DNA of 52,616 bases from a virus (taxonomy: Duplodnaviria; Caudoviricetes). The notes below the pieces were generated by a model. That model was not told the DNA's origin and did no database searches. It saw only the letters and a list, made by a program, of their open reading frames with translations. The position numbers and the translations under genes are program-made. The stretch is taken from IMG/VR virus record IMGVR_UViG_3300020193_000035, positions 1 through 52,616 of that record; one strand, 5' to 3'. Below are positions 1-9,993 of the stretch, one piece after another (the first letter of the stretch is position 1; each line of letters begins with the position of its first letter).

Positions 1-195
1 AAGAGTTTCAAACCTGAATGGCTCAGCGTGGACATTGTCAATGTGTATCAGGAAGTGCGATGGTATTTCCCCAAGCTCAAGTATGGTCACTTGTTGGCAT
101 TGCCGTTGACCACGGGATCAGAACCGTTGTGTGCCTACTTCGTCAAAGAAACAAATAAGATTCCTGAAGTGCTCGACATTGCCAAGATGTGGTGA
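1..195 (+). CDS. 3' end of a conserved phage hypothetical protein (partial)
   Basis: Frame 1 is open from base 1 to TGA at 193-195 (...VYQEVRWYFPKLKYGHLLALP...); truncated by the window edge. Confidence 0.75.
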   Translation, partial: KSFKPEWLSVDIVNVYQEVRWYFPKLKYGHLLALPLTTGSEPLCAYFVKETNKIPEVLDIAKMW

Positions 196-207
196 TATAA
201 TAACAAC

Positions 208-726
208 ATGCCAGCAAAGAAAACAGCCAAGTCCAAACAAACTGCTGCTTCCAAAGAACGCAAGCTGGACCTCTTTAGAGAAGTCCTGCCGGCTTTGGAT
301 AGACGCAATCTAGGATGGTACGAACAACTGTCCGATGAGCAGAAAAAAGAATATAGTCCGTGGTTGCTGCAAAGATACGCCACGGCAGTGGAAAACAATC
401 CAGACGCACACGAGTATTTCATACAAGCATTCAACGAGCGTTCTAATCGGCACATGAATGATCTCAAGAATCATCCAGAGCTGTTGTGGATGTTGCAGGC
501 CAGCTGCGGTGTGGGTCGCAACTATCGTAGATCCTGGCTGGGTGCTGGCAAGCGTGTGCCCAAGGATCGTGTGACTGAATTCATATCCGATCTGTATCCA
601 GCTGCTGGAGAGGAAGAAATAGATCTCATGAGAGCCATCAACGATGAGAAAGATCTGCGAGAGATAGCCGAGCAGATGAACTTCAAGCGATCAGAGATCA
701 AAGAAGTATTTGGTGATGGTCGATAA
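208..726 (+). CDS. Putative sliding-clamp loader small subunit (T4 gp62-like) or conserved phage replication protein
   Basis: 172 aa; the YSPWLLQRY and HPELLW motifs resemble gp62-family proteins; lies in a replication neighbourhood. Confidence 0.5.
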   Translation: MPAKKTAKSKQTAASKERKLDLFREVLPALDRRNLGWYEQLSDEQKKEYSPWLLQRYATAVENNPDAHEYFIQAFNERSNRHMNDLKNHPELLWMLQASCGVGRNYRRSWLGAGKRVPKDRVTEFISDLYPAAGEEEIDLMRAINDEKDLREIAEQMNFKRSEIKEVFGDGR

Positions 727-1411
727 TATCCGATGCCGCTGGTGCGGCAAGTCGTTCCAGAAAGAAAGTACCTTGATCGCTCACATGTGCGAGACCAAGC
801 GTCGCATGCTGGCAGAGAACGATCGTCCCAATCGTATTGGTTATCATTCTTGGTTGATGTTCCGCAAACTGATGACTCCCAATGTCAAGAAAACACCTGT
901 CTATGAAGACTTTGTCAAAAACAAGTATTACTCCACCTTCGTCAAGCTGGGACATCGCATAGTGGATCTCACCATACCAGATCCAGATGCGTTTGTGCAT
1001 TTCCTGGTCATGAACTCGGTCAAGTTCTCTAACTGGTCCAAGGACTGGGTGTATGAGATGTATATACGAGAGTTGACCAAAAAAGAAACCATACAGCGTG
1101 CCAGTGAACGCACAGTGCTGCTGATGGAACAGTGGAGCATGACAGTCAATAAAGACATTTCTTGTTTCTGGGATGATGTCAGCACCACACAAGCTCTCCA
1201 TTGGATCAGGACAGGAAAACTGAGTCCATGGGTGTTGTTGGGAACCACACCAGGCAAACATCTATTGAACAGGTTTGACGAGAAGCAGCTACAAGATGTC
1301 ACGGCATATATAGAACTAGACCCTTGGCGTATCAAGATCGCACGCAACAAAAAGGAGTGCGAGTGGATGCGAGAGGTATTTGATAAGGTGAGTAAAAATG
1401 GACCAGTATAA
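716..1411 (+). CDS. Conserved phage protein with N-terminal zinc finger
   Basis: CRWCGKSFQKESTLIAHMC (C2H2/C2HC-type pattern); overlaps the upstream stop. Confidence 0.7.
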   Translation: MVDNIRCRWCGKSFQKESTLIAHMCETKRRMLAENDRPNRIGYHSWLMFRKLMTPNVKKTPVYEDFVKNKYYSTFVKLGHRIVDLTIPDPDAFVHFLVMNSVKFSNWSKDWVYEMYIRELTKKETIQRASERTVLLMEQWSMTVNKDISCFWDDVSTTQALHWIRTGKLSPWVLLGTTPGKHLLNRFDEKQLQDVTAYIELDPWRIKIARNKKECEWMREVFDKVSKNGPV

Positions 1412-1598
1412 AGATCCGCAAGAAACCTCAGCACGTGTGGTAGAAGACAATAACCAACAGGATCTCAAGGAACTGAGATTTTTGGTTTCCAAGCTGTTCA
1501 AGAAGTTGGAAGAAGTAGAAACACGCCTGGCACGCATGGAAGATGGCAGCAAGACACATGCTACAGCGATCAGGACTTTGAGCAAGAGAACACGATGA
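1398..1598 (+). CDS. Small coiled-coil hypothetical protein
   Basis: 66 aa with heptad pattern; ATGA coupling to the next gene. Confidence 0.65.
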   Translation: MDQYKDPQETSARVVEDNNQQDLKELRFLVSKLFKKLEEVETRLARMEDGSKTHATAIRTLSKRTR

Positions 1599-2194
1599 AA
1601 GCCCAAGGCACAGATATTGATATTGACTTGGCTGACAGGGATCAGCTGCTGAAGTTGTTGCCTCATGTGTCGGCTATGCAGAAAGACAACCGAGGCCGCA
1701 CCGTCAAACACAACACTGGTGTGTATTTCCATGATGTGCCCACGGATCCTTATACTGGATTATGCACACTGGATTTCAGACGTGCAGAAGAAGTGGGCTA
1801 CTTCAAGATAGATCTGCTGAACGTGGGCATCTATCAAGGCGTGCGTGATCCAGGACATCTAGATCGTCTAGCTGACACTGAACCCGACTGGGATATGTTG
1901 CAGCACAAATCCATCATCCAACAACTGTTTCACATACATGCGCATGCAGATCTAGTGATACGGATGCAGCCACGTAGTCTGGATCAACTGGCCATGGTGC
2001 TGGCACTGATACGTCCAGGCAAGCGCCATTTGGTAGGACGTTCCTGGGCCGATATCGAACACCAAGTATGGGATCGCAACGAGGACGATGGATACAGCTT
2101 CAAACGCAGTCATGCATTGGGTTATGCATTGGCCATCGTTACGCAGATGAATCTGTTGGCCGAACAGGCACAACAGACCAGCTCACACTTCTAG
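1595..2194 (+). CDS. Miniature DNA polymerase III alpha (DnaE, family C) core fragment
   Basis: DnaE motifs in order: TDIDID, KHNTGVY, GYFKIDLL, LALIRPG, YSFKRSHALGYA; only 199 aa. Confidence 0.85.
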   Translation: MKAQGTDIDIDLADRDQLLKLLPHVSAMQKDNRGRTVKHNTGVYFHDVPTDPYTGLCTLDFRRAEEVGYFKIDLLNVGIYQGVRDPGHLDRLADTEPDWDMLQHKSIIQQLFHIHAHADLVIRMQPRSLDQLAMVLALIRPGKRHLVGRSWADIEHQVWDRNEDDGYSFKRSHALGYALAIVTQMNLLAEQAQQTSSHF

Positions 2195-2593
2195 TGGCAA
2201 TTTCATCTGTGGATCTCTACAGGTCTTACGCAGTCCTCGGAACAAGAGATTCTGACTCACGATCTTGCTTTGTAGACCATCTGTGATGACAGGTATGGCA
2301 GATCTAGGATCACATTGCCCGCACATGAATATGTCCACAGCAGAATATCCTTCTTCGGGCCAGGTGTGTATGCTGATGTGGCTTTCAGACAGTACCACCA
2401 CCCCAGTCACCCCGCATTCGTCACCAAAGTAATGGAAACTGTCCGATAGCACAGTGGCTCCGGCTTCTTTTGCTGCCTTTATCAGGCAAGACCTTATGAG
2501 GTCTGAATCTTTGAGTATTTGCGGGTCTGATCCCCAGAACTCCGCGATAAGATGTATGCCAGCATAGGTGGCTTGATTAAAATGTCCGCTCAT
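2183..2593 (-). CDS. speD: S-adenosylmethionine decarboxylase proenzyme
   Basis: GVTGVVVLSESHISIHTWPEEGYSAVDIFMCG, including the ESH self-cleavage site; start placed at ATG 2593. Confidence 0.95.
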   Translation of the reverse strand: MSGHFNQATYAGIHLIAEFWGSDPQILKDSDLIRSCLIKAAKEAGATVLSDSFHYFGDECGVTGVVVLSESHISIHTWPEEGYSAVDIFMCGQCDPRSAIPVITDGLQSKIVSQNLLFRGLRKTCRDPQMKLPLEV

Positions 2594-2732
2594 GACACAC
2601 GACGAACTCCTTAGTGCAAGTGTCAGAACCCCTTGCCCAATGGACATGTCATCCTGTGTATCAATAATTTATCATCGATGATTCGACGTAGGTCTTGTGC
2701 GTGGCCGCCAGTAGGTAGATTATTTCAGTCAT

Positions 2733-3119
2733 TTAAGGTTGAGGATCATTCTTGCGTATCAGCTGTATCTGGCGTCGTTTGATACGTTTAGTGATGACGT
2801 TCTGCAATGTGACCACATGCCCTACTACCACATCAAATTCTTTGACAGAAAACGTGTGCAAGCAATATTGGAATCTCTTGAATTTCATACCCAAGACAAT
2901 GTTGATAGGCAACCGCCGGTTGGTAGCCCACCACCATTCGTCTCCACACTCTAAAAAAGACTTTTTGTCGTCTTCTTGCAGGCGATTGAAAACATACATG
3001 CTGACGATGGTATTGTCGTAGTTCTGTATGATACCAATGTATTCTTGTCCGCTGTAGCGGGCCAGGCACAAAAATGGGAATCGTTCTAGCAGTTGATTCA
3101 CTTCTTCGTTATTAGTCAT
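2733..3119 (-). CDS. Conserved phage hypothetical protein (late)
   Basis: 128 aa; TAAATA on the minus strand at 3126-3131. Confidence 0.8.
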   Translation of the reverse strand: MTNNEEVNQLLERFPFLCLARYSGQEYIGIIQNYDNTIVSMYVFNRLQEDDKKSFLECGDEWWWATNRRLPINIVLGMKFKRFQYCLHTFSVKEFDVVVGHVVTLQNVITKRIKRRQIQLIRKNDPQP

Positions 3120-3125
3120 CAGGGT

Positions 3126-3145
3126 TATTTACCAAAACATAAATA
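3126..3145. promoter_or_regulatory. Back-to-back late promoters (TAAATA, T4 gp55-like)
   Basis: TATTTA 3126-3131 and TAAATA 3140-3145 between divergent genes. Confidence 0.75.
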
Positions 3146-3166
3146 TGGTATGGCACGGAAAAAGGC

Positions 3167-3922
3167 ATGACAGTAGCTTACGTATATGAACAGATCCTGG
3201 ATATAATGGTCCGGGAAGGAACCCTAAGGAACACACCTATGAATGAGCGTAGATACATTGCTTACATAGGCGTCGATAACACCATTGACTTGCAGTTCAA
3301 GAACAGAGACCGCAAGCCTTATGATATCACGCTTAAAACAGTCATTTGGCAGATGACAGATCCCACCACGGGTGATGTATTGGTCAGGAAGCCCGCACCT
3401 GCCCAAGATGCAGCAGCCGGTCGTGCTCGTTTGGTGCTGCTGGATCATGACACAGCGGGTTTGCAGCCTGGCATATATCATGTGGGCGTGATGATGGTCA
3501 GCAGCGACGGCATCACTGCTGCCAGCTACACTGATCTCAACTATGATGCACGTGCCGAAATAGAACTGCGCAATGGGGCCTACGAACAGTTTCGTTCCAG
3601 TGCGACCACATATCAGTTCTCTGGACCATTTGATGCACCAGGCTCAAGCGAGGCGTTGCGTGCCACAGGATTGGTCAGCAATGTCAGCACCTTGAACACT
3701 GCTGCTGTCTACATGACCAACTACACCGGCGATGTGATTTGGCAGACAAGTTTGGAAGACACCCCGGTCAACTGGGCGGACATTGGCGACACTGCCAGTT
3801 ACTCTGGATTCACTGGCATAGCGGATTTCAACATCGATACACGCGCCAAGTGGTTGAGAATCAGATACAATCCTGATCCTCTGAATGCCGGCACTATTGA
3901 CAGGATCATCAATAGAGCATAA
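3167..3922 (+). CDS. Putative virion/baseplate structural protein (BppU-like N-terminal Ig fold)
   Basis: 251 aa, beta-rich; DNTIDLQF...GRARLVLLDHDTAGLQPGIYH pattern; late promoter upstream. Confidence 0.55.
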   Translation: MTVAYVYEQILDIMVREGTLRNTPMNERRYIAYIGVDNTIDLQFKNRDRKPYDITLKTVIWQMTDPTTGDVLVRKPAPAQDAAAGRARLVLLDHDTAGLQPGIYHVGVMMVSSDGITAASYTDLNYDARAEIELRNGAYEQFRSSATTYQFSGPFDAPGSSEALRATGLVSNVSTLNTAAVYMTNYTGDVIWQTSLEDTPVNWADIGDTASYSGFTGIADFNIDTRAKWLRIRYNPDPLNAGTIDRIINRA

Positions 3923-3931
3923 AATAGTCTT

Positions 3932-4909
3932 GTGAATCTTATACAAGACACCATAAAATCCCACGCGAGAGGACTGCGTTCCACACCCAAAGGTTGGTGG
4001 ACCACCAACTGTCCCATGTGCTTGACTTTTGGACAACCGCGTCCAGACACACGCCGGCGCGGCGGATTCATCTTTCATCCAGACGGTGCCACTGCCTATC
4101 ACTGTTTCAACTGTGGTTTCAAAACCAAATGGCGCCCTGGCCAGACTATGGGTCACAAGCTCAAGAGCTTGATGAAACAGATAGGCGTAGACGAAGCAGA
4201 GATACAGCGTATCAACATGCGGCTGTTGGCTGAAAAAGACGACACAGTTGATCAGGCACCAGTAGACGACAAACCAATATGGCGTCCAGCATGGCCTCCT
4301 TGCGATGTTCCTGGTACCAACCAGCTGCCAGATGATGCATTCGAATATCTAGACAACAGGCGCATGCTGGATCTTGCTGACTGGCATTACAGCAACGACA
4401 ACAAGTTTTGGAATCTAGATCGGCGTGTGATATTGCCTTATGTGTGGCAAGGTGCCACTGTAGGATATTCTGCCAGATGGATAGGAGATCCTCCCAAAGG
4501 GTCACCCAAGACACTGCGCAAAGCACCACCAGACTTTGTGTTCAACCTTGATCCTCAAGGTGCACCACGGCGTTTTGTATTGGTGGTAGAAGGTGAATAC
4601 GACGCCTTGGCCATCGACGGTGTAGCTGTGTTGCATAACGATATCAATGCCAGGCAAGTGCAGCTGATCACAGATCTAGACGTGGAACCCATAGTGGTTC
4701 CAGACCAAGACAACAGCGGAGGACGACTGGCTGAGCGTGCGATTGAATTGGGATGGAGCGTGGCATTTCCAGAATGGGATCCAGGTATCAAGGATGCAGC
4801 AGACGCAGCTAGATCATATGGCCGCGTGGCTGCGCTAAACAGCATACTACAATCAAGAGAAGACAATCAGTTGAAGATCAAAATAAGATTAAGGAAAAGC
4901 AATGGCTGA
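3932..4909 (+). CDS. DNA primase (T4 gp61/DnaG-like)
   Basis: Zn ribbon CPMC...HCFNCG; TOPRIM motifs VVEGEYDAL and PDQD; KDAAD; adjacent to helicase. Confidence 0.92.
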   Translation: MNLIQDTIKSHARGLRSTPKGWWTTNCPMCLTFGQPRPDTRRRGGFIFHPDGATAYHCFNCGFKTKWRPGQTMGHKLKSLMKQIGVDEAEIQRINMRLLAEKDDTVDQAPVDDKPIWRPAWPPCDVPGTNQLPDDAFEYLDNRRMLDLADWHYSNDNKFWNLDRRVILPYVWQGATVGYSARWIGDPPKGSPKTLRKAPPDFVFNLDPQGAPRRFVLVVEGEYDALAIDGVAVLHNDINARQVQLITDLDVEPIVVPDQDNSGGRLAERAIELGWSVAFPEWDPGIKDAADAARSYGRVAALNSILQSREDNQLKIKIRLRKSNG

Positions 4910-6389
4910 CAACAACGAAGTCAAGGAATATTCAGATGATCTGCAAAAGCTGTTCTTGGAATTCCTGATTGCCGACGGAGAGCTGGCCAGCCGATGCCAA
5001 GGCATCATGAGCCACGAGTATTTCTCCAGGCGTTTGGCACCAGCAGCAGAGTTCGTCAAGAAATATGTGGACGAGTATTCCAATGTGCCCACTGCCGAAC
5101 AGATCAATGCCACATGCGGTACCTCTCTACAGCAGTTGGGCGAAGAAGTGCGCATACACAGCGAATGGTTTTTGGTCGAGTTCGAACAGTTCTGCAGATA
5201 CAAGGCTCTAGAGAAGGCCATCCTCAAGAGTGCAGACATGCTGGAGAAGCAGCAGTATGGCGGCGTGGAAAAGCTCATAAGAGAAGCCACACAGATTGGC
5301 CTGGCCAAGAGCTTTGGTACAGATTATTATGCTGATCCGCGTTTGCGATTGACCACGCTGAAAGATTCCAACGGACAGGTCTCTACTGGTTGGAGGACCG
5401 TGGACGAAAAACTGTATGGCGGATTCAATAGAGGCGAACTCAACCTCTTTGCAGGTGGCTCAGGTGCAGGTAAGAGTCTGTTCTTGCAGAACATTGGATT
5501 GAATTGGAGCCAGGCAGGCTACAACGTAGTCTACTTCAGTCTCGAACTGAGCGAAGGCCTGACCAGCTTGCGACTAGACAGCATGATCACTGGTATGCCT
5601 ACCAAGGAAGTGTTCCGCAACATCGACGATGTGGAACTCAAGGTCAAAATGTCAGGCAAGAAAGCAGGCAAGCTACAGATCGTCCAGCTGCCCAACGGCA
5701 TCACCATTAACGACCTGCGTGCATGGTTGAAAGAGTTCCAGGTCCAGACAGGACAAAAGGTAGATGCCATCATCGTAGATTACTTGGATCTCATGATGCC
5801 AGCAGGGCAGAAAATTTCGGTATCAGACTTGTTCGTCAAAGACAAGCTGGTATCCGAAGAACTGCGTAACTTGGCCATCCAGCTGAACTTGCTCTTGGTC
5901 ACAGCATCACAGCTGAATCGTTCAGCAGTGGAAACAGTGGAATTTGACCACAGCCATATCGCAGGTGGTTTGAGCAAGATCCAGACAGCCGACAACGTGC
6001 TTGGTATCTTCTCCAGCATCGTGTTGCGTGAACGTGGGCGGGTGCAGATACAGTTCATGAAGACTCGCAGTTCCAGCGCAGTTGGACAGAAGATGGAACT
6101 GGCATTTGATGTGCACAGCCTGCGCATACGAGACATGGATCCAGATGCCGATGACGGACCCAGTGATGCTGATGTGCTCTACAACAGGATGAAAAATCAA
6201 AGAGGCCAAGAAAAAAGTGTCACTGGTGTGGCCAGTGACACTGCTGTGGTCAAACGTGTCGCTAGTGCTGAACAGCTGAGAGCCATGTTGCGCAAAACTC
6301 CCAGCGTACCGGAATCATCTCCTCCGGTCAAATGGGAAAAAGCGACCGGTATTCCTGCTTGGGAAAAACCAACGCAGGATTCAGGTTAA
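4902..6389 (+). CDS. Replicative helicase (T4 gp41/DnaB family)
   Basis: Walker A GGSGAGKS, FSLELSE, IIVDYLDLM, TASQLNR, KTR. Confidence 0.95.
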   Translation: MADNNEVKEYSDDLQKLFLEFLIADGELASRCQGIMSHEYFSRRLAPAAEFVKKYVDEYSNVPTAEQINATCGTSLQQLGEEVRIHSEWFLVEFEQFCRYKALEKAILKSADMLEKQQYGGVEKLIREATQIGLAKSFGTDYYADPRLRLTTLKDSNGQVSTGWRTVDEKLYGGFNRGELNLFAGGSGAGKSLFLQNIGLNWSQAGYNVVYFSLELSEGLTSLRLDSMITGMPTKEVFRNIDDVELKVKMSGKKAGKLQIVQLPNGITINDLRAWLKEFQVQTGQKVDAIIVDYLDLMMPAGQKISVSDLFVKDKLVSEELRNLAIQLNLLLVTASQLNRSAVETVEFDHSHIAGGLSKIQTADNVLGIFSSIVLRERGRVQIQFMKTRSSSAVGQKMELAFDVHSLRIRDMDPDADDGPSDADVLYNRMKNQRGQEKSVTGVASDTAVVKRVASAEQLRAMLRKTPSVPESSPPVKWEKATGIPAWEKPTQDSG

Positions 6390-6778
6390 GCAGCAGGTTC
6401 CTGCTGCTTTTTCAGATCCTGCTTGATGCGTGCTACCAAACTGTTATCGTCGCCGATTAGATCCATCAGCGTGGTCATCACGTCCAACATGACCATGCGC
6501 TGTGGGCTGCTCAATGAATTGCCAGCCATCAGTGCTTTCATGGCTGTGCCAAGTGCTGAAACTTGTCCTTTGTCAACCAAGCCATTTTGGGCCAAGCTAT
6601 ACATGCGGCTGATAGCTCTCTGCGTTTTGTTGCGCTCTTCGGCATCGCTTTGTCCTGCAGGTTGTGCATCGTCAATTTTGGCACTGATTCCTGGCTGTTC
6701 CTTTGGTGCTTCTTCCAGCTCTGATTCCAGTATGGCCAAACGATCGATGATGTCTCTGATTTGTTGTGTTGCTCGCAT
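6386..6778 (-). CDS. Hypothetical late protein (probable virion protein)
   Basis: 130 aa; GGAGGA RBS and minus-strand TAAATA at 6801-6806. Confidence 0.8.
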   Translation of the reverse strand: MRATQQIRDIIDRLAILESELEEAPKEQPGISAKIDDAQPAGQSDAEERNKTQRAISRMYSLAQNGLVDKGQVSALGTAMKALMAGNSLSSPQRMVMLDVMTTLMDLIGDDNSLVARIKQDLKKQQEPAA

Positions 6779-6800
6779 GGGTGCAATCCTCCTATGGATC

Positions 6801-6817
6801 TATTTATGCCATAAATA
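6801..6817. promoter_or_regulatory. Back-to-back late promoters
   Basis: TATTTA 6801-6806 and TAAATA 6812-6817 between divergent genes. Confidence 0.75.
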
Positions 6818-6835
6818 CATTTGGGAGCCAAGATC

Positions 6836-7087
6836 ATGAAGAAACAAACCCGGAGTTTATTGCAAGAAATCAATGACCTGGTACCGCAGCGCGACATACA
6901 TTTTTTCGTGGAAAGCAAAGCGGTGCAAGCTATTGCCAGTGTGCAAAACCTGATCAGGCTCATCGAAAACAACTACAAGCCAGAAGAGTCATCAGACTTG
7001 ATCAAGCGTCTGTTCAACAGCATGAAAAGTGGCGATCAGGAAAAATTCCGTCGTGGCGTAAAGAACATAAGAGAGTCTAAGCAATGA
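6836..7087 (+). CDS. Conserved phage hypothetical protein
   Basis: 83 aa from ATG 6836 with GGAG RBS; ATGA overlap with the next gene. Confidence 0.8.
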   Translation: MKKQTRSLLQEINDLVPQRDIHFFVESKAVQAIASVQNLIRLIENNYKPEESSDLIKRLFNSMKSGDQEKFRRGVKNIRESKQ

Positions 7088-8232
7088 AGTTTAGCGATCT
7101 GAACGAGCGACGCCAGCTTACCGAAGCCAAAGTAGGCAGAGATCTACAGCATCTGGAGGACTATCTCATAGTGGATGGTGCTGAAGGTGGTATGGACAGC
7201 TTGGTCGAGCTCAAGAAGATGTCACAAAGCGCAGGTTCTGCATCTGTCAAATGGGATGGCACCATGGCCATATACTGGGGCAATGATGCACAGGGCAAGT
7301 TTTATCTGGTTCCAAACGCACAGTGGGCCAAGAGCCTGGTGTTGGATCGCGAAAGCCTGGCTCAAGAAATACAAAATACTGGACGCAAACGTCCAGATCA
7401 GAGCGACGAACAATTTGCTGCCAACCGCAAGTCGCTCAGCGACAAATACATAAAGCTGTGGGACGTTTTTGAAAAAGCCAGTGCTGGCACCCGGGGTTTT
7501 TTCAAAGGTGACATAATGTTTGCTGAAAAGCAGTCGCCAGACAAGAGTGGCAACTATGTGTTCACCCCCAACAAAGTCACTTACACTGTGGCTCCCAAAG
7601 GATTATATGGCAAGATGCCCACTGCTGAAGTTTTCGTCACGGTGCATGGCAAGGCCGAAGAGCTGGGTTCATCCAAACTGGTAGCAGCCAATCCTGCCGA
7701 AATCAAACGTCTGAACAGCACAGCTGAACTGATAGCCTTGGACATACAGCGTCCCTCACAATCGACCACTGTGAACACCACAGGTGTGGACAAAGCACTG
7801 GCCTTGGTCAAGCAAAATGCAGGAGCCATCAATGCCATAGCCAATTTCACAGCTCCCAAGTTCACCACGCTCAAGCAGATACTATACAGTTATGCAGTCA
7901 AGCTGGGCAAAAGCCACGATTCATTGAACTTTGATGATTGGTTGCTGACTGCCAAGGTCAGCGAGCCACAGAAGGTGATACTGAAACAGCTACAGGCCAA
8001 AACCGAATGGCGTGTGTTCTTGAGCACGTTCTTGGCCATCAAGCGTGCCAAGCAAGAAGTGTTTGACCAACTGACACAAAAACACGGTGATGAGATGGCA
8101 CGCAGCCTGGGCGTGACACAAACCATCAATGGACGAGCCGGCGGAGAAGGTTATGTGACCCCGGCAGGAAAGATAGTGAACCCACATTTCCGCAGCGCAC
8201 CAGACAATCCCAGGTTTACCGGAGAGATATAA
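7084..8232 (+). CDS. Ligase/nucleotidyltransferase-fold phage protein (DUF6267-like)
   Basis: SVKWDG (motif I-like), FKGDIMF, GGEGYV (motif IV-like), GKIVN (motif V-like). Confidence 0.6.
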   Translation: MKFSDLNERRQLTEAKVGRDLQHLEDYLIVDGAEGGMDSLVELKKMSQSAGSASVKWDGTMAIYWGNDAQGKFYLVPNAQWAKSLVLDRESLAQEIQNTGRKRPDQSDEQFAANRKSLSDKYIKLWDVFEKASAGTRGFFKGDIMFAEKQSPDKSGNYVFTPNKVTYTVAPKGLYGKMPTAEVFVTVHGKAEELGSSKLVAANPAEIKRLNSTAELIALDIQRPSQSTTVNTTGVDKALALVKQNAGAINAIANFTAPKFTTLKQILYSYAVKLGKSHDSLNFDDWLLTAKVSEPQKVILKQLQAKTEWRVFLSTFLAIKRAKQEVFDQLTQKHGDEMARSLGVTQTINGRAGGEGYVTPAGKIVNPHFRSAPDNPRFTGEI

Positions 8233-8233
8233 C

Positions 8234-8995
8234 ATGGATCAAAATCTAAAACAAGAAATAGACGAAGCTTACAAGAGCATATTCTTGGAGAGCAAACTGT
8301 TCAGAAGCAAGAGTGCTGTGGCCGGCATGAGCATCAAGGACGTGGCTGATTATACATTCATGAACATGATAGCATTGTGGATAATGTATAACGAACCCAT
8401 CACCTCAGGTGCTGCTGCTGGATACGCTGACAGGACTGCCAGTTTTGGCAATTTCAAAGCCGAGCGCAACATGGCTACGGATCTCTATGTGGCACTGAAC
8501 ACCTTGGTCGATCCTGAGACTACTATCAGCAAGCGACTGGCTGACCAAGCAGAAAACGTGGCCGACCGTCGCAGCATCAGAGTCAATCAGTTGGTGGTCA
8601 AAACCTTCTTGGATGACATGGCTTCTCGCAGGTCGGATTCCACTGATGCAGCCAGATTCTTGCTGCGACTGGAACGCATGCTCAACATCAAGAACATGAC
8701 TTATCGCAGCATACGCAGATTGGCACAGGAGTGGAATGCCATAACTCCGCACGAACGCAACTTGGTCATGACTCGACTGTTGCAGTATTTCAACCTACAT
8801 GCCAAGCGCAGCGAGCTCAAACCACTGCTGGATGATCTTGCCTTGACTGGTGGCTACAAGCTGGACAGGATCGACAAACCCGGCAAGGAAGACTTGGCTG
8901 ACAAAGCCAAGCTGCTGGCCTTGGCTGCCGCCAGCATGTATGGCGGTTACAGGCTGGGCAAAGCATTGATAGATCCTAAATCTCTGCTGAAATAA
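8234..8995 (+). CDS. Hypothetical late protein
   Basis: 253 aa, GGAG RBS, operon position. Confidence 0.8.
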   Translation: MDQNLKQEIDEAYKSIFLESKLFRSKSAVAGMSIKDVADYTFMNMIALWIMYNEPITSGAAAGYADRTASFGNFKAERNMATDLYVALNTLVDPETTISKRLADQAENVADRRSIRVNQLVVKTFLDDMASRRSDSTDAARFLLRLERMLNIKNMTYRSIRRLAQEWNAITPHERNLVMTRLLQYFNLHAKRSELKPLLDDLALTGGYKLDRIDKPGKEDLADKAKLLALAAASMYGGYRLGKALIDPKSLLK

Positions 8996-9084
8996 CACAA
9001 TCTCGGGCCAAAAGAAAGTGCTGAGCTAAATAACAGCATGAGAGACATAGTCTTTCTAGAGATTGAATATCAAGGAGATATAAT

Positions 9085-9459
9085 ATGCCAACTCGTATCA
9101 ATGGTTCAGTAGGAACCGAAACCGGCGGAATTTACAGCCCAGGCGTAAGCACCGCTTTCTACCTCGTTACCGTCAAGAATGCCGCTGCTGCTGCTGTCGA
9201 CCTCCGTCCAGAATCAGAAACAGACGAAGCCATCGAGCATGTTGTTCGTGCTATCCCCAGCGTGATCGTTTATGACATCGCCAACGCTGCTACAGGCGTG
9301 ATCCATGCCATCAGTGATGGCCATGCTGCATCGTCAGCTGCTGCTCTGCAGACAGCTATCCGGGCACTGGGCACAACTGTTGGTGTCAACAGCATCGACG
9401 TGTCTGGTACCACTGTCCAGGCAGGTCTTGGTTTCTCAGTCAGCACAACTGCTGTCTAA
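9085..9459 (+). CDS. Small Ala/Thr/Val-rich structural protein (capsid decoration-like)
   Basis: Own late promoter at 9027-9032, strong AAGGAGA RBS, biased codons, own terminator. Confidence 0.6.
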   Translation: MPTRINGSVGTETGGIYSPGVSTAFYLVTVKNAAAAAVDLRPESETDEAIEHVVRAIPSVIVYDIANAATGVIHAISDGHAASSAAALQTAIRALGTTVGVNSIDVSGTTVQAGLGFSVSTTAV

Positions 9460-9482
9460 TAACCAAGTTGTTTCACCCTAAG

Positions 9483-9506
9483 GAAAGCCGCCGCAAGGCG
9501 GCTTTC
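9483..9506 (+). terminator. Hairpin terminator
   Basis: GAAAGCCGCC-GCAA-GGCGGCTTTC perfect stem with GNRA loop. Confidence 0.8.
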
Positions 9507-9546
9507 TCATGACCAGTTAAATAGTCTGATAACAAAGGCCTCAAGC

Positions 9547-9993
9547 GTGACACGACAGGTACAAAAAAAATCAGACGACATGGATCATTTTGTGTGCTAT
9601 ACACTGGTCGACATCACCGATACCAAGGTATCTGATCCTGCACGTGCATTGCCTTACCAACAGTTTCAGAATCTCAACACCTTGATTCAATGCGTGGGAC
9701 TGCGTGCTCAGCCATTTGCCATAACTGTGCAAAAGAAACTTCAGCAAGATCTGCAGGGTTATGCATTCGGAACTGACTATCAAGGACAACACAACATATG
9801 GGTGATGACATGGTCCACGGAAAAACTGGGCTATGTTTCTGTGCACAATCTCATCGGCGACAGCGAAGGCTTGCCCATACACACAAGGTTGGAAGAAACT
9901 GTGTTTTTGCCCACACAAATGTTGGAACCCAGAGACACAGTCCGACTCAATACCTATTTTGTCAATACCAGACCGGTAGCATTAGACACATAA
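9547..9993 (+). CDS. Conserved phage hypothetical protein
   Basis: YTLVDITDT...QNLNTLIQCVGLRAQP; late promoter at 9518-9523; start may be ATG 9580. Confidence 0.75.
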   Translation: MTRQVQKKSDDMDHFVCYTLVDITDTKVSDPARALPYQQFQNLNTLIQCVGLRAQPFAITVQKKLQQDLQGYAFGTDYQGQHNIWVMTWSTEKLGYVSVHNLIGDSEGLPIHTRLEETVFLPTQMLEPRDTVRLNTYFVNTRPVALDT

